Shown in pieces: positions 13,385 to 26,961 of a DNA stretch of 64,000 bases (positions are counted from its first letter, which is position 1; each line of letters starts with the position of its first letter). This DNA comes from Octopus vulgaris (Eukaryota), in NCBI GenBank assembly GCA_951406725.2, contig OX597839.1, positions 22,816,001-22,880,000 on the forward strand. The letters run 5' to 3'. Position numbers and translations under genes: made by a program. Under the pieces are notes generated by a model. The model was not told the DNA's origin and did not search any database. It was given only the letters and a program-made list of their open reading frames with translations.

Positions 13385-13584
13385 CAGTCACCTTCATTTC
13401 CAATATTCTGCAAAAAAACATGTCCGGCCACGAGGAAATATTACTTCGCTTGGAAAACTGATGAGGGTTAGTGACAGGAAAGGGCACCCAACTGTAGAAA
13501 ATCTGCCTCACCAAGTTCCATCTGACTCAGGTGAGTATGGAAAAGGGGACATTAAAACGATGATGATGATGATGATGATGATGA
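13385..13584 (+). mobile_element. SINE family C ((GAT)n-tailed), diverged
   Basis: GACAGGAAAGGGCACCCAACTGTAGAAA...GGACATTAAAACGATGATG. Confidence 0.7.
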
Positions 13585-14102
13585 TCTTTTTCTTCATACG
13601 CTTGTGTATATTCACAAAAAAAAAGGGTTCAATTACAATTACTTCTCTTCTGTTAATTGAAATTTCGGTATTTTCCCCCACTGAAGCGTTTCTGTCTTTT
13701 AGTATCGAGCTCTGCCTGTTGACATTCTGAGTTCAAACCCCACCCCCAGCCACTTTGCTTTTCATCTTCCTGAGTGCAATAAAAAAAAAAATACAGGAGG
13801 TGATTTAATTAACAGAAACCGTTAAATTAATTAACGAATACGGTTGCTTCCAAGGGATGCTTCACCTGGCATCACTTTGTCATGATCGTCCAGTTGGTCA
13901 GCGGAATGGTCAGATGTGGTCAGTGGTAGAGTTAATGTTTGGTGTAGGGACTGGTATTGTTACTATGGTTACTATTTCATATGGTGAATGACCACTGTTA
14001 AGAAAAAAGTGATGCTGTGATTGTTGGTGGACTTCGGGCACCGATGATGGAATGGGATGTGGGAAAGTGTCTGACGTAACGCTTGACATGAGTGCAATCA
14101 AC

Positions 14103-14121
14103 TGATGATGATGACAATGGA

Positions 14122-14153
<32 letters not shown>

Positions 14154-14278
14154 GTCAATGATGATAATCATGATGATGATAGTGATGATAATGAAAATGA
14201 CAGTGATGATGATGATGATGAGGATGACAATAGGAACGATGACGATGATGATGACAACGGAATGATGATGACAATTGT

Positions 14279-14313
<35 letters not shown>

Positions 14314-14440
14314 GTCAATGATGATAATCATGATGATGATAGTGATGATAATGAAGATGACAGTGATGATGATGATGATGATGATGATGAGGATGACAAT
14401 AGGAACGATGACGATGATGACGACAATGGGAATGATGACA

Positions 14441-14472
<32 letters not shown>

Positions 14473-14612
14473 GATGACAGTGATGTTGATGATCATGATG
14501 ATCATGATGGTGAATACAGTAATGAAGATGATAGTAATGATGATGGTGATGGTGATGATGATGGTGATGGTGATGGTGATGATGATGATGATGATGATGA
14601 TGGTGATGATGA
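14103..14612. repeat. Compound (GAT)n repeat with a higher-order tandem duplication
   Basis: GAAGTCAATGATGATAATCATG...GACAATAGGAACGATGACG occurs at about 14151 and 14311. Confidence 0.9.
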
Positions 14613-15232
14613 CGGCACATTCTCTGAACATTGCAATATTTCAATATTTCATTTCATTTCCATTTGCCTGTCGCCATCATGTTTCCTTGCTGCCGAAGCC
14701 TTTCATCCAACCAACTCTCCCGACACGGAAGAATGAACAAGAGAGGCCAGATGGGAAATGACCAACGATGACGTGTGACAAGGAGACGTGGAATGTCATA
14801 ACAACAACAACAACAACAACAACAACATCAGAGTCGGAAGAAGTGAGAGGGGGGTGCGGGTCTGAAGCGTTCGCTGGTTCCAATATTTGACGAGTTGGAG
14901 CGGAGTCACTTTTGACAATGACGCCATCATGAGTCGAGTGCACCGCTGACAAAATAACATTGACAACAGCAACAACAACAACAAAGAAATTAACAGCAAT
15001 GTCATCATCAACAACAACAGCAATCACAGCTAAAGAAGAAGAAGAAGAAGAAGAAGAAGAGGGAAAAAAACCCAACGAAACTTCTTTATCGATTTTTTTT
15101 TTTTTTTTTTCCTTTTTTAATGGGAATCCTAAAATAACAAGAGAACCATAATCTCATTGCCACAGACCAATATCTATTTTGAGGATTGAATAGTTTGAGT
15201 CTCAACTGATTGGTTATTGATTAGCGTGTTAG

Positions 15233-15575
15233 GAAGAAGAAGAAGAAGAAGAAGAAGAAGAAGAAGAAGAAGAAGGAGAATGAGGAAGAGGAGGAGGAGA
15301 AGAAGAAGAAGAAGAAGAGAGAGAAGAAGAATGAGGAGGAGGAGGAAAAGAAGGAGAAAGAGAAGGAGAAGAAGAAGAAGGAGAATGAGGAGGAGGAGAA
15401 GAAGAAGGAGAAAGAGAAAGAGACGAAGAAGAAGAAGAAGAAGAAGAAGAAGAAGAAGAAGAAAAAGAAGAAGGAGAATGAGGAGGAGGAGAAGAAGAAG
15501 GAGAAAGAGAAATAGAAGAAAAAGAAGAAGGAGGAGGAGAAGAAGGAGAAAGAGAAGAAGAAGAAGAAGAAGAAG
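15233..15575. repeat. (GAA/GGA)n compound microsatellite
   Basis: Directly visible, with recurring GAGAATGAGG subunits. Confidence 0.95.
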
Positions 15576-16013
15576 GGTAAGGCAGTGGGTGCAGAAGGAA
15601 AAAGGATGAGTCATTGGAGCATGTCTGTAAGTCCAACCTATCAGCACAATGATGCCAACATGTTTCAACAATAGCGAAATTCATGGGTCAATACCAATAA
15701 AATCATTCGCTGGATTCCACGGCTTTTGATGTGGAAGCCGCAAGGGGAGGCGGTAGGAGGAGTGGGGTGGGGTCGTCGTTGGTTTTTTTTTTGTGTGTGT
15801 TGGCTAAATAAACAGTGGGAGCGGAGAAGAGTTAACGATATTACGGAGAAGGGGGTGGGGGTTGAGAAGCGGTGGGAGATGATTTGGGATTAGATTTAGA
15901 TTAAAATGAGTAGCTTTGTAAGAGTAAATGTGTGTGTATATGTGTGTGTGTGTGAGTAAATTTATACATAAAAATATATATGTGTCTATATAAATATATA
16001 TATATATATACAT

Positions 16014-16044
<31 letters not shown>

Positions 16045-16051
16045 TATATGC

Positions 16052-16088
<37 letters not shown>

Positions 16089-16347
16089 AGGGCAAGCTAA
16101 AATAGTGAATCAGTGATAGAATGATGTTGTATGTAAGTGCGAGAGAGAGCGAGACAGAGAGAGATGAGATGTGAATTGCCTTATAAGGATATAGTTTTGC
16201 GTAGCTTTCGCCCACTGGTGAATTTCAAGAAATTCTACAGGTTACATCCTGTACATCAAGGTTATTATCTTTTTATGGGTATTTTTTTTTTTGTTTTGAA
16301 CAGATGAGTATGGCTCAAACATGAGACCAGTAAAATATGGAAAGATA

Positions 16348-16752
16348 GGTCCAGGCATGGCTGTGTGGTAAGAAGCTTGCTTCTGAACCAAAGGGTTCTG
16401 GGTTCAGTCCCACTGCATGACACCTTGGGCAAATGTCTTCTATTATGGCTTCAAAGTGGCCAAAGCCTTGTGAGTGGATTTGGTAGACGGAAACTCAAAG
16501 AAGCCCATCGTATGTGTGTGTGTGTCTTTATGTATGTGTTTGTCTCCCGCCACCACTTGACAATCGGTGTTGGTGTGTTTACGTCCCTGTAACTTAGCGA
16601 TTGGCCAAAAGAGAACCAATAGAATAAGTACTGGGTTTAGGATAATTCTTGGTGGGCGGGGGGGGGGGGGCGATTCATTTGACAAAAAAATTCTTCAAAG
16701 CAGTACACCAGCATGGCCACAGTGTAATGATTGCAACAAATGAAAGATAAAA
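16348..16752 (+). mobile_element. SINE family A, full length (older subfamily)
   Basis: Head, central and tail motifs all present. Confidence 0.9.
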
Positions 16753-16755
16753 CAT

Positions 16756-17157
16756 GGCGCAGGAGTGGCTGTGTGGTAAGTAGCTTGCTAACCAACCACA
16801 TGGTTCCAGGTTCAGTCCCACTGCGTGGCATCTTGGGCAAGTGTCTTCTGCTATAGCCCCGGGCCGACCAATGCCTTGTGAGTGGATTTGGTAGACGGAA
16901 ACTGAAAGAAGCCCGTCGTGTATATATATATATATGTATATGTGTGTATGTGTGTGTGTTTGTCCCCTTAGCATTGCTTGACAACCGATGCTGGTGTGTT
17001 TACGTCCCCGTCACTTAGCGGTTCGGAAAAAAAGAGACCGATAGAATAAGTACTGGGCTTACAATGAATAAGTCCCGGGGTCGATTTGCTCGAGTAAAGG
17101 CGGTGCTCCAGCATGGCCGCAGTCAAATGACTGAAACAAGTAAAAGAGAGTAAAGAG
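16756..17157 (+). mobile_element. SINE family A, full length (young subfamily)
   Basis: GGCGCAGGAGTGGCTGTGTGGTAAG...GACTGAAACAAGTAAAAGAG; near-identical to 20043-20432 and 53576-53943. Confidence 0.95.
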
Positions 17158-17810
17158 ATATTGATGTGTATACATGTATAGGATTATGGTAAGGAATGGC
17201 TGAGATGGATGAAAAGCAAAACAGTGGAATGGCACAAGAAGAGCAGCAGGCAATCGATGCCATATGAAGACCATTAAGAGATTATTGGGAAGAATGAATT
17301 GGCCTTTTGAGTACCAGAAGCAATATGGTTCAGACAGTCTGTGGGAATACAATGGGAACAGACAATAGAAAATGAGAGACTCTTTGAAATGAATTTGAAC
17401 TCTGGATCTCAGCAATTAAGGCTACAAAATATTGTAGTCCTACGTAATAGATTGGCGCTTTGATGTGAGAATGTTACTGGATAATATGAGAGAGAGGAAT
17501 TATGAATTGTGGTAAATGTTATAATGAATGCAAATGGGAAGATGGGAGTTTTATGAGAGGAGAGGTAGGTCAAAGGGAGACAATTGGAAGAGAGTTAATG
17601 GAGTCGAGAGAGAGAGAGAGAAAAGGAGAGAGAGAGAGAGAGGGAGAGAGAGAGAGAGAGAGAAAAGGAGGGAGAGAGAGAGAAAAGGAGAGAGAGAGAG
17701 AGAATATTGAAGAAGGTGATTTGAAAGACTGAAACTGCAAGAGAAACCATTTGTTGTAAATACAAGTGAGATGCAGGAACATAAGAAAATCAAACATTCC
17801 AGATGATGAC

Positions 17811-17843
<33 letters not shown>

Positions 17844-18240
17844 GGTGTTGGTGGTGGTGGTGGAGGTGATGGTGGTGGTGGTGATCACGACCTTCTTTTC
17901 ATCGGAAATTAACTTCTAAATGGAAACAGACTGAAACAGAGGTAATTCTTAAAAGAATGAATCAACCATTTAACAGAACTAAATTGGAAATGCTTTTGTT
18001 TATAGAACAAATTCAATTAGAAATACAGTGATGACACTACCATTTTCGAGCAGTCTTTTCGCTTGCCATCAACGTCATTGTCATCACCACCACCACCACC
18101 ACCATCATCATCGTCATCGTCGTCATCATCATCAAGAGAAAACTCATTGTTGCCATCTTTATTGTTTGTCTTTGGTGGCAATTACTGAGGCAACACACAG
18201 ACAGACAACAATGTGCAATCACACCAAGAGAACAGCTTTT

Positions 18241-18275
<35 letters not shown>

Positions 18276-18315
18276 AAAAAAAAAAATTAAAAAAAAATTT
18301 TAAAAAATAAAAAGA

Positions 18316-18347
<32 letters not shown>

Positions 18348-18356
18348 CATCCCTAT

Positions 18357-18394
<38 letters not shown>

Positions 18395-18609
18395 ACACCC
18401 CCACCTCACCACCTACCCGTCCCCTTTTCATTCCTCAAACAAATGGGTAAACTTTCAACCCATTTTTATGATCTTTCATCAAAGATTTTCAAACTTGTTG
18501 AGGTTTTTATTTGTTTTTGTTTTTTTAACGCAGTCACATGGCAGAAATAACAGCAGTGATTGGTACATAGTAGCAGCAGCAGTAGCATCAGTGGTAGCAG
18601 TTGTACGTC

Positions 18610-18668
<59 letters not shown>

Positions 18669-18730
18669 GTGTGTTGGTGTGTAGAAGCAGTTAGTGCGGT
18701 TGGGCATAAAGCTGTTTCATTGTTGTTGTT

Positions 18731-18806
18731 CCTTAGCCCAAGGTCATCCCTGATCAAAACAGATCTATGATTAAAGACATTCCAGCTGTGACCATCACGA
18801 CTTTTT
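18731..18806. repeat. Short interspersed repeat, unclassified
   Basis: CCCTGATCAAACAGATCTATGAT...CATTCCAGCTGTGACCATC also at about 21625-21695, 43388-43480 and 6990-7050. Confidence 0.65.
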
Positions 18807-18815
18807 CCCTTTGTG

Positions 18816-19085
18816 CATCATCATCATCATCATCATCGTTTAACGTCCGTTCTCCATGCTAGCATGGGTTGGACGGTTCGACCGGGGATCTGGGAAGCCA
18901 GAAGGCTGCACCAGGCTCCAGTCTTATCTGGCAATGTTTCTACAGCTGGATGCCCTTCCTAACGCCAACCACTCCGTGAGTGTAGTGGGTGCTTTTTACG
19001 TGCCACCTGCACTGGAGCCAGGCGAGGCTGGCATCGGCCACGGTCGGATTGGTGCTTTTTACGTGCCACCGACACGGAAGCCAGG
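18816..19085 (-). mobile_element. SINE family C ((GAT)n-tailed)
   Basis: (CAT)n-CGTTTAACGTCCG...GGATGCCCTTCCTAACGCCAACC...; many copies in the window. Confidence 0.9.
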
Positions 19086-19364
19086 GAACTCAAAAACACA
19101 TTACCCAATGTATCTGCTTCTTTTTTTGTTTTGAAGATAGCAACCACAAGGCCACGTTCCATCGCTTTATACCGAACCCAACCAAATCAAAAGGAGAATT
19201 TGAACTCAGAACACGAAGACAGATGAAATGCTACTATGGTAAGTTGTGGCATTATTAGGAAGGCATCATTAGAAAAGGAGAAAACGAATCGATGGTTGGG
19301 AATATTCCATCAGGGGTGGATGGAAGGGTTGTTTTGGTTGAGGGCTTGTGTTGGGATGCTGTGT

Positions 19365-19698
19365 GAGGAGGAGGAGGAGGAGAAGGAGAAGGAGAAGAAG
19401 AAGAAATGAAGAAGAAGAAGAAGAAATGAAGAAGAAGAAGAAGAAAACGAAGAAGAAGACGAAGAAGAAGAAAACGAAGAAGAAGAAGAAGAAGGAGAAG
19501 AAGAAGAAGAAGAAGAAGAAGGAGAAGAAGAAGGAGAAGAAGAAGAAGAAAACGAAGAAGAAGAAAAATAAGAAGAAAAAGAAGAAGAAAAATAATAATA
19601 AGAAGAAGAAGAAAAAGACGAAGAAGAAAACGAAGAAGAAGAAGAAGAAAAAGACAAAGAAGAAGAAAACGAAGAAGAAGAAAACAAAGAAGAAGAAG

Positions 19699-19728
<30 letters not shown>
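19365..19728. repeat. (GAA)n microsatellite
   Basis: Directly visible; explains the poly-K and poly-S ORFs. Confidence 0.97.
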
Positions 19729-19729
<1 letters not shown>

Positions 19730-20042
19730 GGAGGAAAGGGAAGATATTCCGGGAAATTTCATTTTACAAAACCTCTTTGAAAAACCCCCAAAGAGTTTCT
19801 CTCGAGTGTTCCAATATCGTTCAGTTGATCAATCTTGTGATTTTATTCTGATTTTCAGAATATTGCAAATAATGTTTTCTTTTATCACAAGATACACAAT
19901 AACCAAACCATTATTGTTGATTATTTATGTTTTGCTGTTGCTGGAAATTATTTTCCTGGATATTTCAAAAAGTTGTTGTTTTTGTTGTTATTGTGGTTTC
20001 AAGATATATAGATTATGTTTTCATTATCATTCTTGCTAATAT

Positions 20043-20432
20043 ACTCTCTCTTTTACTTGTTTCAGTCATTTGACTGCGGCCATGCTGGAGCACCGCCTTT
20101 AGTCGAGCAAATCGACCCCGGGACTTATTCTTTGTAAGGCCAGTACTTATTCTATCGGTCTCTTTTGCCGAACCGCTAAGTGACGGGGACGTAAACACAC
20201 CAGCATCGGTTGTCAAGCAATGCTAGGGGGACAAACACAAACACACACATACATATATATACATATATACGACAGGCTTCTTTCAGTTTCCGTCTACCAA
20301 ATCCACTCACAAGGCATTGGTCGGCCCGGGGCTATAGCAGAAGACACTTACCCAAGGTGCCACGCAGTGGGACTGAACCTGGAACCATGTGGTTGGTTAG
20401 CAAGCTACTTACCACACAGCCACTCCTGCACC
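20043..20432 (-). mobile_element. SINE family A, full length (young subfamily)
   Basis: Reverse complement of the 16756 copy. Confidence 0.95.
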
Positions 20433-21875
20433 TATTGTCATTATTGTCATTATTTACTAATATTTTTCATATTGCTAATGTCGTTGCTGTCTATTCAAGC
20501 ACGTACGATCGGCAGAGCATCATAAAATATGCCTCGTGGGATTTCATCTGCCTTCATTACATTCTGAGTTCAAATACTGCTCATTCCCAATTCGCCATCT
20601 TGGGGCCAATAAAACGAAATACCAGTTAAGCACTGGAGTCAATAATAACCCACCCCTTCAAATTAATGCCCTCCACAACCCCTTAAAATTAATGGATCCA
20701 ACCCCCTTAAAATTAATGGCCATGTGCCTCAATTAGGAATTATTTACAGCTATTATTATTATTGTTGTTGCTAATGCTGTTGCTATCAATTACTGTTGTT
20801 ATTCCTGTTGTTTGTGTTGCTATTCAATGGCAGTTATATTCACTGTTGCTAACGCTGTTGCTATTCATCGACAGTTGTCGTTGCTAATGCTGCGACCTCA
20901 CAATTACCCTCCCTCTACCATCACCATAATGTTGCTAACCCCTTTGCTATTTATTTACAGTTGTTGTTGGGGTTTTCTTTTGTTTCACCCTCTCCCTATT
21001 TATCATTCATTATCTATTGTTGCTTGCTGCTGCTGCTAATGCTGCTGCTGGGGGTTGTGATGTAAAGCAACACAACCTCTACGCCAGCCCTCCCCCTCCC
21101 CCAACATCCTATTCCCCCCCCTGCCTCCACTTCTCCGCTACCGCCACCACCACCACCACTCCCCTCTTCTGGTGATGAAGAAGTGTGGAATTCCTGTTTC
21201 TTTAGTCTGAGCAGATTTCTTTCAGATTCATTGAAATAAAAGATAGAGAGATAGATGCTGGGAGGAGGAGAAGAGGGGGGTGGGGGGTTGTAATCAACAC
21301 TCCCCCCCGCCACCCGCTGCCACCACCACCACCACCACCACCGCTGCCAGCACCTTTAGGGCATAAAGTGATCTTTTGTGTGTAAGATGAAAAAAAAATA
21401 ATAAAATAAAATAAAAAGGGGGTTAATATTGGTAAAGAGGGAGAACATAATGGGGGAAGGAGGAGGGGGGATTATTAAAACAGAAAATAGGTGAGGGAGG
21501 GGGTAGGGTAGGTGGGATGTAAATAATAGAAACACTCAGCGAGGAGTGGTGGTGGTGGTGGGGGAGATATGTAGGGGGGTTTGTTGTTGTTGTTGGTGGT
21601 GGTGGTGGTGGTAGTGTTCAGTTCCAGATCAGCTCCGTCGATCTATAATTAGATCTATGATCCAAGAGTGTTTCCAGTCATGACCATCCTGTCTTTTTTT
21701 TCTTCAGGGGTACATAAAACTGCACTGTCCAGTGTGACCTGCTGCTGTTGTTGTTGCTGTTCAAGAAGGGATTTAGCTGCTATTTTCAGTAGCCACATAG
21801 AGGCTTTCTTTCTCTCTCCCTCCTTCGTTCTTGGTGTTGGTAGGTAGGTAGGTGGTGGTGGTGGTAATGGTTAGA

Positions 21876-22110
21876 GCGGCGAGCTGGCAGAAACGTTAGC
21901 ATGCCGGGCGAAATGCTTAGCAGTATTTCGTCTGTCGTTACGTTGTGAGTTCAAATTCCGCGGAGGTCGACTTTGCCTTTCATCCTTTCGGGGTCGATAA
22001 ATTAAGTTCCAGTTACGCACTGGGGTCGATGTAATCGACTTAATACCTATGTCTGTCCTTGTTTGTCCCCTCTGTGTTTAACCCCTTGTGGGTAGTAAAG
22101 AAATAGGTAA
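21876..22110 (+). mobile_element. tRNA-derived SINE family B
   Basis: GCGGCGAGCTGGCAGAAACGTTAGC (A box), GAGTTCAAATTCC (B box), central GCCTTTCATCCTTTCGGGGTCGATAAA. Confidence 0.9.
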
Positions 22111-22403
22111 TGGTTAGAGAGAGAGAGAGTGAGAGCAAGATGCAATAGTTGGAGGGAGAAAGAAGAGACATTCCTAGGGTGGAGTCAATCAACAACAACA
22201 ACAACAACAACAACAGGATCACGTAAATTACTAGACATGTATGTACATGGATAGATAGGGATTAACAAGAATTTCCATGTGTATCATGTATATACATGTG
22301 GTGGCTGTGTGAGGAGTGGTGTGTGTGTGTGTGTGTATCAATGTATGTATATATATATTTTAATATGTCTGTGTGTGTGTATTATACACATATGTGTATA
22401 TGT

Positions 22404-22559
22404 GCGCAGGTGTGGCTGTGTGGTAAGAAGTTTGCTTCCCAACTACATGGTTCCGGGTTCAGTCCTACTGCGTGATACCTTGGGCAAGTGTCTTCTACTG
22501 TAGCTTCGGGCCGACCAAAGCCTTGTGAGTGAATTTGGCAGATGGAAACTGAAAGAAGC

Positions 22560-22641
<82 letters not shown>

Positions 22642-22805
22642 CATTTGTGTGTCTGTTTGTCCATTGCACCATCACTTGACAACCGATGTTGGTGTGTTTA
22701 TGTTCCTTAAGCTTACAAAGAATGAGTCCTGGGGGTCGATTTGTTTCAACTAAAGGCAGTGCTCCAGCATGGCTGCAGTCAAATGACAGAAACAACTAAA
22801 AGAAT
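22404..22805 (+). mobile_element. SINE family A
   Basis: Head and tail present, internal deletion. Confidence 0.9.
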
Positions 22806-23084
22806 ATGAATATATATTCCTATATTAAAGGAAAAGGAAAACCTACTGCGGATCCCTGGTTCCATCCTCAGCTGTGCGCTTGGAACCTCACGGATGACCC
22901 ATTATAGCACTTCTGCAGTCTACCTATTCATTTAGGCCACCACTGAACCAAACTGTCATATTCTTTATAAATTTTTATATGTATATGTATGTGTGTTATA
23001 TTATTATATATATATATATACATATATGTGTGCGTATATATGTGAACATATATTTACATATGCATATATGTATATGAATGTTAT

Positions 23085-23370
23085 GGTCACTGCCAGTGTG
23101 GCAGGACTGGCTCCTGCACAGGTGGCGCATAAAAAACACCATTTGAGCATGGCCATCGCCGGTACCGCCTGACTGGCCCTTGTGCCGGTGGAACGTAAAA
23201 GCACCCACTACACTCTCAGAATTGTTGGCATTTGGAAGAGCATCCAGCTGTAGAAACACTACCAGATCAGATTGGAGCCTGGTGCGGCCATCAGGCTTGC
23301 TAGTCCTCGGTCAAACCGTCCAACCCATGCTAGCATGGAAAACGGACGTTAAATGGTGATGGTGATGATG
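23085..23370 (+). mobile_element. SINE family C
   Basis: ...CCAACCCATGCTAGCATGGAAAACGGACGTTAAATGGTGATG tail. Confidence 0.85.
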
Positions 23371-23423
23371 ATATATATGCATGTTATATACACATATATA
23401 TGTGCATGTTATATATATATTGT

Positions 23424-23471
<48 letters not shown>

Positions 23472-23860
23472 CGGGGAGGTTTACGAAAATAAACAAAAGA
23501 CGAAGGCAGGTGGAGTACAAACAAACAATTGTATTAGTATATATATTGGTATATATATATATATGGTTGGATATATGTTTATGTGTGACGAAATGATGTA
23601 TATAATCTGTGATTATACAACACCTTACATACCTTAGCAATACCTCTCTCTGTATACATATCTATTTTCTTATTTGGAATACACACACACACACACACAC
23701 ACACATAATATCTGTAACTATGTACATACTGTACAACCACCCCACCCATCTTCACCACCACCACCACCACCACCACTGCTACTACAACACTCTAAGGAGA
23801 TGTTACAACATAACTGCTGTTAATTTATACATGTATCAACAATACAACTATATCTTCTAA

Positions 23861-23901
<41 letters not shown>

Positions 23902-24274
23902 TACTACTCCACACACACACATACATACACACATACTGAAAGCATACACAAAATCACAAAAACATTGTAAATATGTATGCATATCTGTGTGTGTGTGTGT
24001 GTGTTTGTGAATTCCAGTTCCAACTTTTATCTCCCATGAAACACACACACACGCATATTCATTTACAATGTTCTTGCAATTCTGTGTGTGTGTGTGTGCG
24101 TATTTCATTGTAGATAAAAATTGGAGTTAGAATTTTAGTAATTAGTTTTTAGATCTGTGCTTTGTGTGTCGTTAGATGTTAATGTGTGTCCGCGTACACA
24201 CATTTGATTGTGTGTGTGTGTGTGTGTGTTCACGCACGTGTATGTTTGTTTGTATGTATGTACATGTATGTGTT

Positions 24275-24313
<39 letters not shown>

Positions 24314-24526
24314 CTGACAGTTATGAAAGTGTGTGTGAGTGTGTGTCTGTGCATGCATGTGTGTGCTTTAAATGTGTATATATGTTATGTCGGTTTACAG
24401 TATGATTCTGTGATTTGTGTATACTCTGAAGTGAGTGTATATACACACACATGTATATACATATACATACACACACACACATACATATCTACACACAAGT
24501 GTATATGTGTATATATATATATAGGG

Positions 24527-24560
<34 letters not shown>

Positions 24561-24956
24561 TTATATACATACATATATATTTGTATGCATGTATACACAC
24601 ACACGCACACAAATATATAAGTTGCGAAATATAAATCCATGAAAAAGCCTGACAATTCTTCTTCAAGTTATAAGTTTCAAAGTAATAAAAGGAGGGGGAG
24701 AAAGAGTATAGGAAACAATGGGAGGAGTAAAAGAGGAAGAGGAGAAAGGATGAGAAGAGAGAGAGAGAGTAAACACAGTGAGAAAGTAAGAGAGGAAAGA
24801 AAGACAATAATAAAATGAGGCAGGGGAGAGGGGAGAAAGAAAAAAGGTAGGGAGTTGGGTGGTGGGGGTGGTGGTGGTGGTGGCAGAATTCTGTAAAGGT
24901 ATCTTGTGTGCTTAAAGGCATAATATGCCTCAAACTGAAGAAATGTAGTAGTAGTA

Positions 24957-25002
<46 letters not shown>

Positions 25003-25345
25003 ATATATATATGTATGTATGTATGTATGTGTGAGTAATATATATGTATGTATGTATGTGTAATATATATATATTTACACATATGTATATATAATATATA
25101 TATACATATATATGTATGTATATATTATATATATATGTATATATATATGTACATATATACATACATACTTATATATATATGTATATATATGTACATATAT
25201 ACATACATACATATATATAATATATATATATATGTGTACATATATATATATACATACATATATATATATATATAATATATATATATATGTGTACATATAT
25301 ATATATACATAATATATATATATATATACATATATATATACATAC

Positions 25346-25397
<52 letters not shown>

Positions 25398-25424
25398 GTG
25401 TATATATATATGTATGTACGTGTG

Positions 25425-25485
<61 letters not shown>

Positions 25486-25820
25486 GATCTTGGAAGGGTA
25501 GAAAGTTGGGATATTCCCAACAGAACACTTGACCTGAGCCTGAGGGTGTCTCCACTCTTGAATTGTTCACCTTTATTTATCCTTCATGTTTCTTCTCCTG
25601 ATACAAGGAAAATGCAACACTTGGCAGATGCACAATGTAAGGAGTGCACCTTTGATGCCAGGTCTGACAAATTTCCATTCAAGGGTTTAAAACAGCAAAT
25701 ATTACCTAACTTTACACTTGGGACCTTCGCATTTAATGGCATTAAAAAGCAGAATTGGTACCGAAACAATTGTAACTGGTCATTAGAGATGTGATTAACT
25801 CTCTCTTTGTCTTCTCATTT

Positions 25821-25862
<42 letters not shown>

Positions 25863-26508
25863 TACACACACACACACACACAGATGTGAGTATGGCTGAG
25901 TGCTTAAGGAGTTAATTTTGCGACCATTCGTTTCAGGATTCAGTCCTTGTGTGTGAATTTTAATAGAGAGAGACTGTGGGGAAGCCCACCATTCATACAC
26001 ACACACACATATATATAAACACTCATACACACACAAATATGAATGTGTGTAGTTTTTGTGCCCACACTTGGTAATTGATAATTTGTTTAGTTCCCGTAAC
26101 TTAGTGGTTTGGTAAAAAGAGACCAACATAAACCCTTTTACGACTGCTAAAATTAGGCGTGAAAATTTGATTATCATGACTAATTTCAGCTGTCATTCAC
26201 GATTTCCTTTAATCATGATTCGCTATAACCGTGTTTTACATAATGGCGCACAAAAGTATTTGCATGTTTCCAAGGATCCCCAAAGTCTGTGAAAAATACA
26301 TCTAAGGAAAGTAAGGATTCCCATTTGGTGTATGCAGCCGAATGTACCAAACACAAGAAGATTTATGTTGGTTGCACAAAAGATTGAATGAGCATAGGTA
26401 GAATGTCAGGCACAATAACATTGGTTCCACAGAACTTGCAGAACATTTCACATGAAACGGGAATAAATTTGAGGAGGATCTGAAGGTGCCCATTCTCCAA
26501 AAATACCC

Positions 26509-26691
26509 TCATCATCATCATCATCGTCATTGTTCGACCGTGGTCGAGACAATGGAATTTACCATGCTACGCCAGACTTCACGGTCCATCATGGCATTAC
26601 GGAGGTCCTGTTGCTGGATGCCTGTATCCCTGGAGATTACATCAGGGTAGGAGAGTGTGCGTCCTCTGGTATTGCGAGTAGATGGCTTCCA
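26509..26691 (-). mobile_element. RTE-clade LINE, 3' terminal fragment
   Basis: Translates WKPSTRNTRGRTLSYPDVISRDTGIQQQDLRNAMMDREVWRSMVNSIVSTTVEQ*, then a (GAT)n tail; typical RTE C-terminus (DRxxW). Confidence 0.85.
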
Positions 26692-26697
26692 ATACGG

Positions 26698-26961
26698 TTA
26701 CTGTATTGAAAGTGTTTTGCGAAGGATGTGTGCAGTGCCTAGTAGTGCAATTTTCTGTATGTTATATGTGTTTGTAAGTACTGGTGTTTTTGTTATGTAT
26801 TTGTCTGAATACTTTTTTATCATGCCTAATGCACCCACTAGAATAGGAATTCTTTCTGTTTTTAAATTCCACATTCGAGTTACCTCTATTTCAAGATCTT
26901 AGTATTTTGAAAGTTTCTCCATTTCTTTTAGAGACACGTTGCCAACTGCTGGAATTGATAC
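26698..26961 (-). mobile_element. R4/Dong-type LINE, C-terminal restriction-like endonuclease fragment (dead)
   Basis: VSIPAVGNVSLKEMEKLSKY*DLEIEVTRMWNLKTERIPILVGALG...QKIALLGTAHILRKTLSIQ*; KxxKY and PxxxGxxG motifs; in-frame stop at 26899-26901. Confidence 0.85.

Noticed and set aside
16637-16984. Recurring ORFs such as [28 protein letters not shown]
   Set aside because: Antisense translations of SINE A, repeated wherever the SINE occurs.
18037-18222. Minus ORF ending ATG|GTAGTG as another phase-2 exon
   Set aside because: Weak donor and mostly triplet repeat; expected by chance from ORFs ending in G-TAG.
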